Below, piece after piece: positions 49,055 through 56,563 of a DNA stretch of 64,000 nucleotides; position 1 is the stretch's first letter, and the number at the start of each line of letters is the position of its first letter. Location: positions 1 through 64,000 of the IMG/VR virus record IMGVR_UViG_2910822364_000002, one strand, 5' to 3'. Made by a program: the position numbers and the translations under genes. Source of the DNA: a virus (taxonomy: Duplodnaviria; Caudoviricetes). The notes under the pieces are model-generated. The model was not told the origin of the DNA and ran no database searches. It saw only the letters and a list, made by a program, of their open reading frames with translations.

Positions 49055-49778
49055 TTTGATTCCTGTTAACTATGAAACAGAAGAACCAACAGTTTCAGCA
49101 AGAGATTTGCATAAAGCATTGAACATTCAATCCAGATTTAGCAGATGGTTTGAAAATAATAAGAGACTATTTGTTGAAGGTGAGGATTATAACAAATGTA
49201 CATCAAATACAGTTGTTAATAATGGAGCTGTTAGGGAACTAGAAGATTATCAAATAACAATGATAATGGCAAAACATTTGGCTATGATGTCTAGGACAGA
49301 AAAAGGAAAAGAAGTTAGGGATTATCTTATTAATCTTGAAAGAGCTTGGAATAGTCCAGAGCAAGTATTTGCAAGAGCTTTGAAGATGGCAGATAAGACA
49401 ATTGATAAATTAAAATCTGATAATGTAATTTTAATTGAAGACAATGAAAGAATGAAACCAAAAGAAATTTTTGCAGATGCAGTAACAGCAAGTGACACAT
49501 CTATCCTAATCGGAGAACTGGCCAAGATTCTTAGACAGAATGGAGTTCAGACAGGGCAGAATAAACTGTTTGAATGGCTGAGAAATAATGGATATCTGAT
49601 CAAGAGAAAAGGATCAGACTGGAATATGCCAACACAGAAAGCGATGGATATGGATCTGTTTGAAATCAAAGAAACGGTAATCAACAATCCAAACGGATCA
49701 ACAAAAATCAGTAAGACTACAAAGGTCACTGGTAAAGGGCAGCAGTATTTTATTAATAAGTTACTTGCTGCAAGCTAA
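49047..49778 (+). CDS. ant: Antirepressor (AntA/AntB + KilAC/ANT)
   Basis: VSARDLH, MAKHLAM, WNSPEQV.ARAL, PK..FADAV, KVTGKGQQYF. Confidence 0.9.
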   Translation: MDNLIPVNYETEEPTVSARDLHKALNIQSRFSRWFENNKRLFVEGEDYNKCTSNTVVNNGAVRELEDYQITMIMAKHLAMMSRTEKGKEVRDYLINLERAWNSPEQVFARALKMADKTIDKLKSDNVILIEDNERMKPKEIFADAVTASDTSILIGELAKILRQNGVQTGQNKLFEWLRNNGYLIKRKGSDWNMPTQKAMDMDLFEIKETVINNPNGSTKISKTTKVTGKGQQYFINKLLAAS

Positions 49779-49789
49779 GTAAATAAAGG

Positions 49790-49939
49790 CATCCGGTTGA
49801 TCTCTGTCCGTAGCAACCAACAACCAAAGATTGTTGTTAAAAAGTCGTAGTAATAGTCGTGGTAGTTGTGGGTTTCGGGATGATCTTAAGCGACAGGACG
49901 TAAAAAGATGATCACATGCGGACAGAGATCAGCCGGATG
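49790..49939 (+). repeat. Long inverted repeat B (21-bp arms, 108-nt loop)
   Basis: CATCCGGTTGATCTCTGTCCG / CGGACAGAGATCAGCCGGATG; the single mismatch is G-U. Confidence 0.9.
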
Positions 49940-50041
49940 GACTGAATTATATACCACAGTAACTATTAACATGCATAAGAAACAAGCCAATGTATAAGCC
50001 ATGAGCCTGCTGCTTAAGGCAGTGGGCAGAAAGGAGAACTG

Positions 50042-50260
50042 ATGGCAGATTACAGCAAAGGATTTAAAAGACGTGTTGTACAGTTATGGATCCAACATGG
50101 TATGTCCACAAATGAGATCAGCAGAACATCAGGCATCGATCATAAGACATTGATGAAGTGGTATAAGCGTTTCTACCCTGAGTTAACAGGGGGGGGCGAG
50201 ACAAAACACGAAAGTTTGCAGTGGCATTATGTAGGCAATTGTTCCGGATATCATAAGTAA
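50042..50260 (+). CDS. Small HTH protein
   Basis: YSKGFKRRVV...NEISRTSGIDHKTLMKW; RBS GAAAGGAG. Confidence 0.7.
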   Translation: MADYSKGFKRRVVQLWIQHGMSTNEISRTSGIDHKTLMKWYKRFYPELTGGGETKHESLQWHYVGNCSGYHK

Positions 50261-50270
50261 AGGAGTATGA

Positions 50271-50505
50271 TCAGACAGCTTAACTTTCTATCTGATTAAG
50301 ATTTTTCGAGTAACTATTAACGAAGCAAGCAAACGTAAACATATTTTTCAGGTTTTTTGTATTTTTATTTTTCACAAACTAGATTTGGTATTACAATTTT
50401 TCAAATCACAGGAGAAGAATCACGGCAGTTTATATGATCGGGCAAGAAATTATAGAAATGTGATCAGTATAAATGCTGTTTCAGGTAGAAAGTTAAGCTG
50501 TCTGA
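50271..50505 (+). repeat. Long inverted repeat C (25-bp arms, 185-nt loop)
   Basis: TCAGACAGCTTAACTTTCTATCTGA / TCAGGTAGAAAGTTAAGCTGTCTGA; the single mismatch is G-U. Confidence 0.9.
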
Positions 50506-50519
50506 GATAGGTAGATAGT

Positions 50520-50927
50520 ATGAGTAAACAAGATTATATCATGCAGGGCAGAAATGAAGGAATTGCGTTCTGTGACAAAATAGCAAAAGAAAAAGGATTA
50601 GAAGAGCTACAGAGAGTAACAAGACAGAGAAATCTTGCAGGGCTTCGAACACTAATAGATCCAAGAGAACTTGATCAGGATTTTAGAGATGCAACACTAC
50701 AGATTTTAGATACTGTGTTGATCATGAGTCTTATAGTCTTGAAAGATGAATTTGATTTCGGAACTAAGAGATTAGATCGATTCAAAAAAAGATTCAATGA
50801 CAAAACAGAGTGTTTAGAAACAGGAAATGTGACATGGATCGATATGATCGAGCAGGTCAGAGAAGAAAACAACATTAAATTAGATCTTAGAAAGAACGAT
50901 GTAGTGATGGCATGGAGGAGAAAATAA
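50520..50927 (+). CDS. Conserved phage hypothetical protein
   Basis: GRNEG; L.DEFDFG.KRL.RFK. Confidence 0.75.
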   Translation: MSKQDYIMQGRNEGIAFCDKIAKEKGLEELQRVTRQRNLAGLRTLIDPRELDQDFRDATLQILDTVLIMSLIVLKDEFDFGTKRLDRFKKRFNDKTECLETGNVTWIDMIEQVREENNIKLDLRKNDVVMAWRRK

Positions 50928-51079
50928 TGGTAAACAAGAAAGAATTTGAAGGTTACATCTGTGAGATCACCAATAAGCCAATCAGAGAGATGAGATTATG
51001 TCCGGACAAGCAACAGAAGTTAAAGGTTCGGATCAAGTGCGATAAGGGATGTGTCTGGTGTGAAAAGGAAAGGAGATAA
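50927..51079 (+). CDS. 50-aa Cys-containing protein (below track cut-off)
   Basis: TAATG coupling; MVNKKEFEGYICEIT...CDKGCVWCEKERR. Confidence 0.55.
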   Translation: MVNKKEFEGYICEITNKPIREMRLCPDKQQKLKVRIKCDKGCVWCEKERR

Positions 51080-51088
51080 TGGAGATCT

Positions 51089-51328
51089 ATGTTAATACAA
51101 GTCGAAGATAAAACGATTGTAAATATGCAATATGTCAGAAGTATATGGATTTGTGAACATCAATACAAGATAGGAGAAAAGGAGTACAGTGTCGAATGTG
51201 AGATGACAGAACAAACATCTGAAACTGTTAAGAGATGCAAGACAAGAGAAGAAGCTGAAAACGTATTAGAACAGATACTTAATCAGTATGACAGAGGGCA
51301 GAGAGTCATCAAGATCAGCAATTGTTAA
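51089..51328 (+). CDS. Phage hypothetical protein
   Basis: ORF track; RBS AAGGAG. Confidence 0.65.
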   Translation: MLIQVEDKTIVNMQYVRSIWICEHQYKIGEKEYSVECEMTEQTSETVKRCKTREEAENVLEQILNQYDRGQRVIKISNC

Positions 51329-51342
51329 AGAAAGTTAAGGAA

Positions 51343-51398
51343 CAACTAATATATCAACTAATACATCAACTAATAGAACAATACAACAGTTGATGTAT
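51343..51398. repeat. Three CAACTAATA units at 12-bp period plus an 11-bp IR
   Basis: Copies at 51343, 51355, 51367; ATACATCAACT/AGTTGATGTAT. Confidence 0.75.
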
Positions 51399-51419
51399 CA
51401 GCTGGAAGGAGAAGAGAAT

Positions 51420-51818
51420 ATGATTACAAAGGCACAATTCAAGGACGCATGCAAAAAGGCAGCTATTTATACAATTATGAGCCATCCAGAAAGAATCAGC
51501 GATAATTGTATAAACGACGAAGAGGTAGTAGCAATCTTAGTAAGATTTTATGAAAAGATTTTTAGAAAAGTATATAGAGACAAAGAGGAATCAAAAGAAT
51601 GTATAGATATAAATGAGGTAGATGAAATATACGTTATCGCATTTGATTGTCTGTACAAAGATGATGGAATAACACCAAATTATGTAATATATCAAGAAAA
51701 TATGTTGTGTTTAACAAGTATAAATGCTTTATATGAAATTTTAAGAAGCAAAATCGAAGATGATTATTACGAATTAGAAAGAGACATTGACGGCTTATTA
51801 AATATGTGGAGCGACTAA
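51420..51818 (+). CDS. AT-rich hypothetical protein
   Basis: RBS GAAGGAG before ATG 51420. Confidence 0.65.
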   Translation: MITKAQFKDACKKAAIYTIMSHPERISDNCINDEEVVAILVRFYEKIFRKVYRDKEESKECIDINEVDEIYVIAFDCLYKDDGITPNYVIYQENMLCLTSINALYEILRSKIEDDYYELERDIDGLLNMWSD

Positions 51819-51846
51819 CAGTATGCGAGAAAGGAGACCAGAGAAT

Positions 51847-52131
51847 ATGGAAAATACAAGAGAAAAAATAGAGGTAGTGGCAAAAATGTTAAATGGAAGA
51901 CACATGCCGAAACCTTACGAAGTGTACAAACACTTTAAAGGGAACTTATATGTTGTCCTTAATGTTGCTCGCCATACAGAGACAAATGAATTGCTTGTAG
52001 TATATGCTGCTACAAAAGAAATGCAAAGAATCTATGCAAGACCATTAGAAATGTTTATGAGTGAAGTAGATCACGAAAAATATCCTGATGCAAAGCAAAA
52101 ATACAGGTTTGAAAATATAATGGAGGGTTAA
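51847..52131 (+). CDS. DUF1653-family protein
   Basis: [21 protein letters not shown]...[16 protein letters not shown]...QKYRFE. Confidence 0.88.
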   Translation: MENTREKIEVVAKMLNGRHMPKPYEVYKHFKGNLYVVLNVARHTETNELLVVYAATKEMQRIYARPLEMFMSEVDHEKYPDAKQKYRFENIMEG

Positions 52132-52134
52132 TCT

Positions 52135-52233
52135 ATGATTATTGGATTTATAAGTGGATTATTTATCGGAGCAGTTGCAGGAGTGGCAGTGATGTCACTC
52201 TGTGCTGCAGCGAAAGAGAGGGATGAGTTATGA
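52135..52233 (+). CDS. 32-aa DUF3789-like hydrophobic peptide
   Basis: RBS GGAGG; MIIGFISGLFIGAVAGVAVMSLCAAAKERDEL. Confidence 0.65.
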   Translation: MIIGFISGLFIGAVAGVAVMSLCAAAKERDEL

Positions 52234-52421
52234 CAATAACAGAGAATCTTACAGGTGTCGTGAAAGAAGATCATAAGAGAGTGAAGACAGTAACGGACAT
52301 TCTGGAAGAAGTTAGAACTGAGATGTGCGATGGTTATTGCGTATATCCAAGAACAACGCCGAATGATTATGAAAAATATAAAAGGATATGCGATGAAGAA
52401 TGTCCACTGAACAAATTATAA
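52230..52421 (+). CDS. Small Cys-rich phage protein
   Basis: EMCDGYC.YP...CDEECPL. Confidence 0.65.
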   Translation: MTITENLTGVVKEDHKRVKTVTDILEEVRTEMCDGYCVYPRTTPNDYEKYKRICDEECPLNKL

Positions 52422-52435
52422 GGAGTGATACATAA

Positions 52436-52660
52436 ATGGGATATCAAGATTGTCCATGTTTCAAGTGTGATCATGGCAAAGAAAGAGAAAAGCGAGTTGA
52501 ATGTCGAAGAAAATGCACTGAATTTACTGCATGGAAGTTAAGTATGCAGGCAATAAGACAAAAGAAAAAAGAAGATAAAGACAAATACTATTCGACAACC
52601 AAAGGGAAGTTTTACAAAAGAAACCTGATGAAGCAAAAAGGTGGAAGAAAGATATGGTAG
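52436..52660 (+). CDS. Small Cys-rich phage protein
   Basis: CPCFKC...C...CTEF..W. Confidence 0.65.
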   Translation: MGYQDCPCFKCDHGKEREKRVECRRKCTEFTAWKLSMQAIRQKKKEDKDKYYSTTKGKFYKRNLMKQKGGRKIW

Positions 52661-52792
52661 ATCCATGCAAAGCCTGTGCAGAGATAATCTGCATGGGCAT
52701 TTGTGCCGATCGGGCGCAATACAAGCAAGAGTACCAGGAGATGACAGATCGGATAAGGCAGCAGATAATAAATCGTAACAGGAGGGGAGAAC

Positions 52793-53248
52793 GTGGACAA
52801 GAACGTACTGATCCAATACGCAGACATGATTGAAGAAGTAAAAGATATAAGAAAACGAATCCTACAGACAGAGAAGCAGATCAGCAGGATTGAGGAAGAA
52901 GGAACTGTAAAAGACACAGTAAGCGGCGGCATGGGTGGAATCCAGCATTTTGTAGTGGAGGGTATGCCAGTACCAGAGTTAAGACGAAAGAAGCTGCTGC
53001 TTAATAAACGAAAAGCAATGCTGATTGAGAAAGAAAACGAGCTCTTGGAACTTATGAATCAGGTAGAAGAGTACATAAATAGCATTGAGAAGAGCGAACT
53101 AAGAATGATGTTTAGATTTTATTACATTGATGGCATGACGTGGCTGCAGGTAGCACATAAGATGAATCAGTTACACCCTAAAAGGCGAGTAGCTTATACA
53201 GAAGACAGCTGCAGAATGAGAAATACAAGATTTTTTCAAGAAAATTAG
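52793..53248 (+). CDS. Late-gene transcriptional regulator (ArpU/DUF1492-like)
   Basis: Last early gene before packaging; ELRMMFRFYYIDGMTWLQVAHKM sigma-4-like HTH. Confidence 0.7.
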   Translation: MDKNVLIQYADMIEEVKDIRKRILQTEKQISRIEEEGTVKDTVSGGMGGIQHFVVEGMPVPELRRKKLLLNKRKAMLIEKENELLELMNQVEEYINSIEKSELRMMFRFYYIDGMTWLQVAHKMNQLHPKRRVAYTEDSCRMRNTRFFQEN

Positions 53249-53349
53249 AAAATGTTCGGTCACGTTCGCAAAAAATAGGCTAATATATAGGCTAGAGCGA
53301 TTAGATGAAGCGATACTTCATAAATGTTCCTTTTTCTTGCTAATAAAAA

Positions 53350-53403
53350 TACGTACAAAATACGCATAAAATTATTGACTTATACGCATTTTGTACGTAT
53401 AAT
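53350..53403 (+). promoter_or_regulatory. hicAB promoter with operator IR
   Basis: TTGACT-17nt-TATAAT (53375-53403); ATACGTACAAAAT/ATTTTGTACGTAT inverted repeat. Confidence 0.85.
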
Positions 53404-53435
53404 GAACATATAAATTAAAAAAAGGAGAGTTTTTC

Positions 53436-53606
53436 ATGAAGAGAAGAGATTTGATTAAACTCCTTGAAAAAAATGGATGGTATTTAAAACGGAATGGTGG
53501 GAACCATGATCTATATACAGATGGTAACAGAATTGAGCCAATTCCAAGACATCCAGAGATTAAGGAGCGATTAGCTAAATCTATTATCAAGAAACTGGGG
53601 CTTTAA
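53436..53606 (+). CDS. hicA: HicA toxin (56 aa, missed by the ORF track)
   Basis: MKRRDLIKLLEKNGWYLKRNGGNHDLY...IPRHPEIKERLAKSIIKKLGL; RBS AAGGAG. Confidence 0.92.
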   Translation: MKRRDLIKLLEKNGWYLKRNGGNHDLYTDGNRIEPIPRHPEIKERLAKSIIKKLGL

Positions 53607-53683
53607 GCCCCAGACTTGGTGGATTCATGAAAAACAAAAATGAAAAAAGGATCAAACGGCAAGATTTTAGGAGGAACGGAAAC

Positions 53684-54091
53684 ATGGCAAAGAAAGTAGC
53701 GTATCCGGTTATTTTAAAACCGGATCAAGAAGGGTATTATGTAGAAATCCCTGATTTTGATATCGCTACAGAAGGCGATACAATAGCAGAGGCTATGGAA
53801 ATGGCCAGAGATGCTATTGGATTGATGGGGATTGATATGGAAGATGAGAAAAAAAGTCTTCCAGAACCAAATTCAAAAGCTCAAAATGTAGAAGCAGGAG
53901 ACACAGTAACACTTGTAGATGTAGACTTTACAGAGTACAGAAAGAGAGTGGATAATAAAGCAGTTAAGAAAAACTGTACAATTCCATATTGGATGAGTGT
54001 AGAAGCCGATAAAGCGGGAATTAATTATTCACGAGTATTACAAGATGCAATTTCTAATATATTAGGAGTTGCGCGTACAACAAAAGGTTAA
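53684..54091 (+). CDS. hicB: HicB antitoxin
   Basis: YPVIL, VEIPDF..ATEG.T..EA.EMARDA, VKKNCTIP.W RHH; RBS AGGAGG. Confidence 0.92.
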   Translation: MAKKVAYPVILKPDQEGYYVEIPDFDIATEGDTIAEAMEMARDAIGLMGIDMEDEKKSLPEPNSKAQNVEAGDTVTLVDVDFTEYRKRVDNKAVKKNCTIPYWMSVEADKAGINYSRVLQDAISNILGVARTTKG

Positions 54092-54115
54092 TCAAATCTC
54101 AAAATATATTGAATT

Positions 54116-54137
54116 AAGCACCTTCGGGTGCTTTTTT
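54116..54137 (+). terminator. hicAB terminator
   Basis: AAGCACC-TTCG-GGTGCTT followed by TTTT. Confidence 0.85.
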
Positions 54138-54152
54138 CGTGCATAAATTTAA

Positions 54153-54226
54153 GGACCTCTAGCTCAGCAGGTCAGAGCAGTCGGCTCATAACCGATCGGT
54201 CCAGGGTTCGAGTCCCTGGTGGTCCA
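54153..54226 (+). tRNA. tRNA with CAT anticodon, probably tRNA-Ile2 (lysidine) rather than Met; CCA not encoded
   Basis: Full cloverleaf; anticodon CAT 54187-54189; TTCGAGT T-loop; GGACC acceptor start, C4-G69/C5-G68, A73. Confidence 0.9.
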
Positions 54227-54250
54227 TTTGAAATATAGGAGGGAAAACAT

Positions 54251-54433
54251 ATGATCAGATTACAAGCAGAAGATTACTGCCAGAACTGTGAAGAGCTCAA
54301 ACCAGAAACACAGGTTATGAGCAGAGGATATGTAGGGACTGGTTGTAAAGTGGATACAACAATTCGATGCAGTGATGCTCAGAAATGTGAAAGACTATGC
54401 GAGTACCTGAAGAAGGAGGGCGGTAATGTGTGA
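54251..54433 (+). CDS. Small Cys-containing protein
   Basis: CQNC, CSDAQKC; RBS GGAGG. Confidence 0.6.
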   Translation: MIRLQAEDYCQNCEELKPETQVMSRGYVGTGCKVDTTIRCSDAQKCERLCEYLKKEGGNV

Positions 54434-55308
54434 ATGAAGAAAAAAACTACATATTGGCAGAATCCGATTACGTGGCCGGAATGAAGTATAAAGACATTGC
54501 TGCCAAGTATGAAGTTTCGATAAATACTGTGAAATCGTGGAAGAAACGATACGCATGGTCGAGGAACAAAAAGACAGGATGCATCCAAAAGGGGTGCACA
54601 CAAAATAAAAAGGGTGCACACAAAAAAGAAGCCGTTGCGGAGGATGTAAGTCAGGTCGTGATCAACGATGAACTTACCGATCAGCAGCAGCTTTTTTGTT
54701 TGTACCAATCCAGAATGTTTAATTATACGAAAGCTTACATGAAAGCTTATCCAGGATGTACTTATGCATCTGCTGCCGTATTAGGAAGCAGGCTTATGAA
54801 GAATCCAGTGATCAGAAAAGAGATTGAACAGCTAAAGCAGAATCATATGAACAGGGAACTGTTAAAGCAGGAAGATATCTTTCAAAAGTACATGGATATT
54901 GCGTTTGCAGATGTGACAGATTATGTATCGTTTGGGCGAGAAAATATTCAAGTTATGGGTGCTTTTGGTCCAGTAATGGTAGAAAACAAAGAAACTGGAA
55001 AAAAAGAAGTTCTCGAAAAAGAAGTCAATACTGTGAAATTCAAACAATCTGAAGATGTTGATGGAACGTTGATTATGGAAGTGAAGCAAGGAAAAGACGG
55101 AGCGAGTATTAAGCTGGTTGATAAGATGAAAGCTTTACAATGGCTTGCAGATCATATGGATATTGCTACAGTTGAACAGAAAGCTAAGATTGAGCAGATC
55201 AGAGCTAAGACAGCGATCATGTCCGGAACATCCGAAGAAGAGACAGAAGACGATGGATTCATCGAAGCCTTAAAAGGTGAGGTGGCAGATGTATGGGAAG
55301 AAGAATAA
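54430..55308 (+). CDS. terS: Terminase small subunit
   Basis: N-terminal HTH (YKDIAAKYEVSINTVKSWK.RY.W); LTDQQQLFC...TKAY..AY; DKMKAL. Confidence 0.88.
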   Translation: MNEEKNYILAESDYVAGMKYKDIAAKYEVSINTVKSWKKRYAWSRNKKTGCIQKGCTQNKKGAHKKEAVAEDVSQVVINDELTDQQQLFCLYQSRMFNYTKAYMKAYPGCTYASAAVLGSRLMKNPVIRKEIEQLKQNHMNRELLKQEDIFQKYMDIAFADVTDYVSFGRENIQVMGAFGPVMVENKETGKKEVLEKEVNTVKFKQSEDVDGTLIMEVKQGKDGASIKLVDKMKALQWLADHMDIATVEQKAKIEQIRAKTAIMSGTSEEETEDDGFIEALKGEVADVWEEE

Positions 55309-56558
55309 AGAAAGCTGTCTTTAAGTTTCGGCCGTTCTCTAAGAAGCAGAAAAAGATACTTACCTGGTGGCTGCCAAATTCTCCAGTACATGATCAGGAT
55401 GGAATCATAGCAGATGGAGCAATCCGATCGGGAAAGACAGTTTCTATGTGCTTATCTTTTGCAATGTGGGCAATGGAAACATTCAACGGCCAAAACTTCG
55501 GTATGTGTGGGAAAACGATCGGTTCTTTCCAGAGAAACGTACTTTTTTGGTTAAAGCTTATGCTTAAGAGTCGAGGATACCACGTTGAAGATCACAGAGC
55601 TGATAACTTAGTTGTTATCCGAAGAGGTGGCAAAGAGAACTATTTCTATATCTTCGGTGGAAAAGACGAGCGATCACAGGATTTGATACAGGGTATTACT
55701 TTAGCAGGAGTCTTTTTTGATGAAGTTGCATTGATGCCTGAATCTTTTGTCAACCAGGCAACAGGACGTTGTTCCGTTGATGGATCAAAATATTGGTTTA
55801 ACTGTAACCCAGATGGACCTTATCACTGGTTTAAGACTAATTGGATTGATCGTGCAGATGAAAAGAAACTTGTCTATCTACATTTCACAATGGACGACAA
55901 TCTGAGTCTATCTGAGCGAATTAAAGCAAGATATCGGGCGATGTATACCGGAGTGTTTTACAAGCGCTATATCCTAGGTCTGTGGGCCGTAGCCGAGGGA
56001 ATTATTTACGATATGTTCAATACAGAAAAGCATGTTGTAAAAGACCAGCAATCAGTAGTAGGCAGTAAATACGTCAGTGTCGATTATGGTACACAGAATG
56101 CGACAGTATATCTTCTGTGGGAAAAGAATCACAAGGGACAGTGGGTTGCTACAAAAGAATATTACTATTCTGGCCGAGATGAGACCACGCAGAAGACCGA
56201 TGGAGAGTATGCAGATGACATGGAAGAGTTCCTGGAAGGAATCAATGTTGAATCAATCATTGTCGATCCGGCAGCCGCATCCTTTATCGCAGAACTTAAG
56301 AAACGAGGATTTAAGGTTAAGAAAGCAAAGAATGATGTACTTGATGGTATTCGATTTGTCGGAAATCTGTTAAATCTAAGTGTATTACAGTTCTCTGAAT
56401 GTTGTAAAGAAACAATCAAAGAGTTCGGTTCTTATATCTGGGATGACAAGGCATTGGAACGTGGAGAAGATAAACCAATTAAGCAGCATGATCATTGCAT
56501 GGATGCGGTAAGATATTTCGCTTACACAATTGTGCGACGTGAACGAAAATGGAGTTGA
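55293..56558 (+). CDS. terL: Terminase large subunit (PBSX family)
   Basis: GAIRSGKT, FFDEVA, CNPDGPYHWFK, VDYG, DHCMDAVRY. Confidence 0.95.
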   Translation: MGRRIKKAVFKFRPFSKKQKKILTWWLPNSPVHDQDGIIADGAIRSGKTVSMCLSFAMWAMETFNGQNFGMCGKTIGSFQRNVLFWLKLMLKSRGYHVEDHRADNLVVIRRGGKENYFYIFGGKDERSQDLIQGITLAGVFFDEVALMPESFVNQATGRCSVDGSKYWFNCNPDGPYHWFKTNWIDRADEKKLVYLHFTMDDNLSLSERIKARYRAMYTGVFYKRYILGLWAVAEGIIYDMFNTEKHVVKDQQSVVGSKYVSVDYGTQNATVYLLWEKNHKGQWVATKEYYYSGRDETTQKTDGEYADDMEEFLEGINVESIIVDPAAASFIAELKKRGFKVKKAKNDVLDGIRFVGNLLNLSVLQFSECCKETIKEFGSYIWDDKALERGEDKPIKQHDHCMDAVRYFAYTIVRRERKWS

Positions 56559-56563
56559 TATAA

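Noticed and set aside
42512-50505. MITE family explaining the three long inverted repeats
   Set aside because: Arm sequences are unrelated to one another, target-site duplications are unconvincing, and mismatches are G-U-specific on one strand.
53372-53590. 72-aa minus-strand ORF
   Set aside because: Shadow of hicA and its promoter on the + strand.
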